In this document: one piece after another, positions 63,533 through 64,000 of the stretch
Layout of the letters: every line of letters begins with the position of its first letter
How positions within the stretch are numbered: position 1 is the first letter of the stretch
Assembly: GCA_038321985.1 (NCBI GenBank)
Contig: JBBQFN010000027.1
Span: forward strand, 1-64,000
Length of the DNA: 64,000 bases
From: Cyanophyceae cyanobacterium
Lineage (GTDB): Bacteria; Cyanobacteriota; Cyanobacteriia; Cyanobacteriales; Laspinemataceae
Direction of reading: 5' to 3'
Translations under genes and position numbers: made by a program
The notes under the pieces: generated by a model
Told to the model about the DNA's origin: nothing
Database searches by the model: none
What the model saw: the letters and a program-made list of their open reading frames with translations, nothing else

Positions 63533-64000
63533 CCGAAACTCTCGCCCCCTGGAACTTTCTTGATTTTTCCTCTGATTGTCCGCTTTCTAAGGGGAGCAGG
63601 GGACAAGGAAAGCAGGGGGGCGATCGCGTTTCGGTGACCGCCTGAAGTTACCATTGGGTTAATAATAAAAAAAATTTAATAGTTATATTAAATTTAATAT
63701 AACTAACTAATTAATGTAGCCGCCCCGTCTGACGGGGTGTTATCGCTATTGGGTGCGCCGCTTATACTTCTCCATCTCTCCCCGGAACAAGCGCACAACA
63801 GCTTTTCGTTACAAGGGGTGGGATCGCTGATGTTTCAGGTGAGGGGAGTGGAAAGACTCCCCACCGTCCAACATCCCCTGAGTTGGGGGAAGCGAGTAGG
63901 GGTACTGTGGGGCGATACCTTCGCTCCCAACCAGAAGATCCAGGTCAACCCAGTTGATTGAATTTTAAATCAATCAACTTTAAGGGCTTGACAAAAAACA

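Noticed and set aside
63737..63961. 74-aa ORF at the window end
   Set aside because: No RBS or recognisable motif

Overview
This window is almost entirely chromosomal DNA of a filamentous cyanobacterium (Oscillatoriales-like: dense HIP1 GCGATCGC sites, REP-like palindromes, Uma2 and TPR genes). Housekeeping and signalling genes include rpsD, moaA, pheS, surE, katE, two GGDEF-EAL proteins, a Ser/Thr kinase, a GH65/beta-phosphoglucomutase fusion and a metallothionein missing from the ORF track. A tRNA-fMet gene is interrupted by a group I intron. A type I restriction-modification locus carries embedded ParDE, Fic and Abi/HEPN-like cargo. The right end (55.7-63.5 kb) looks like a translation-stress island: a minus-strand array of 24 recognisable tRNA genes (two with an 8/4 fold, three short-arm Leu tRNAs, several decaying) behind a consensus promoter overlapped by ATACTACA direct repeats and an rrn-like boxB/boxA, running into a GNAT and a small HNH gene. 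The same repeat pair lies between a ribbon-helix-helix repressor (TrcR-like) and a divergent ~370-nt highly structured leader with an open reading frame and a terminator/antiterminator pair upstream of an HNH nuclease and an alr0857-like gene; this leader is the most novel-looking element. The first ~560 bp (riboflavin synthase) look non-cyanobacterial and may be a chimeric join at a heptamer repeat. All calls come from manual reading; no searches or folding programs were run.
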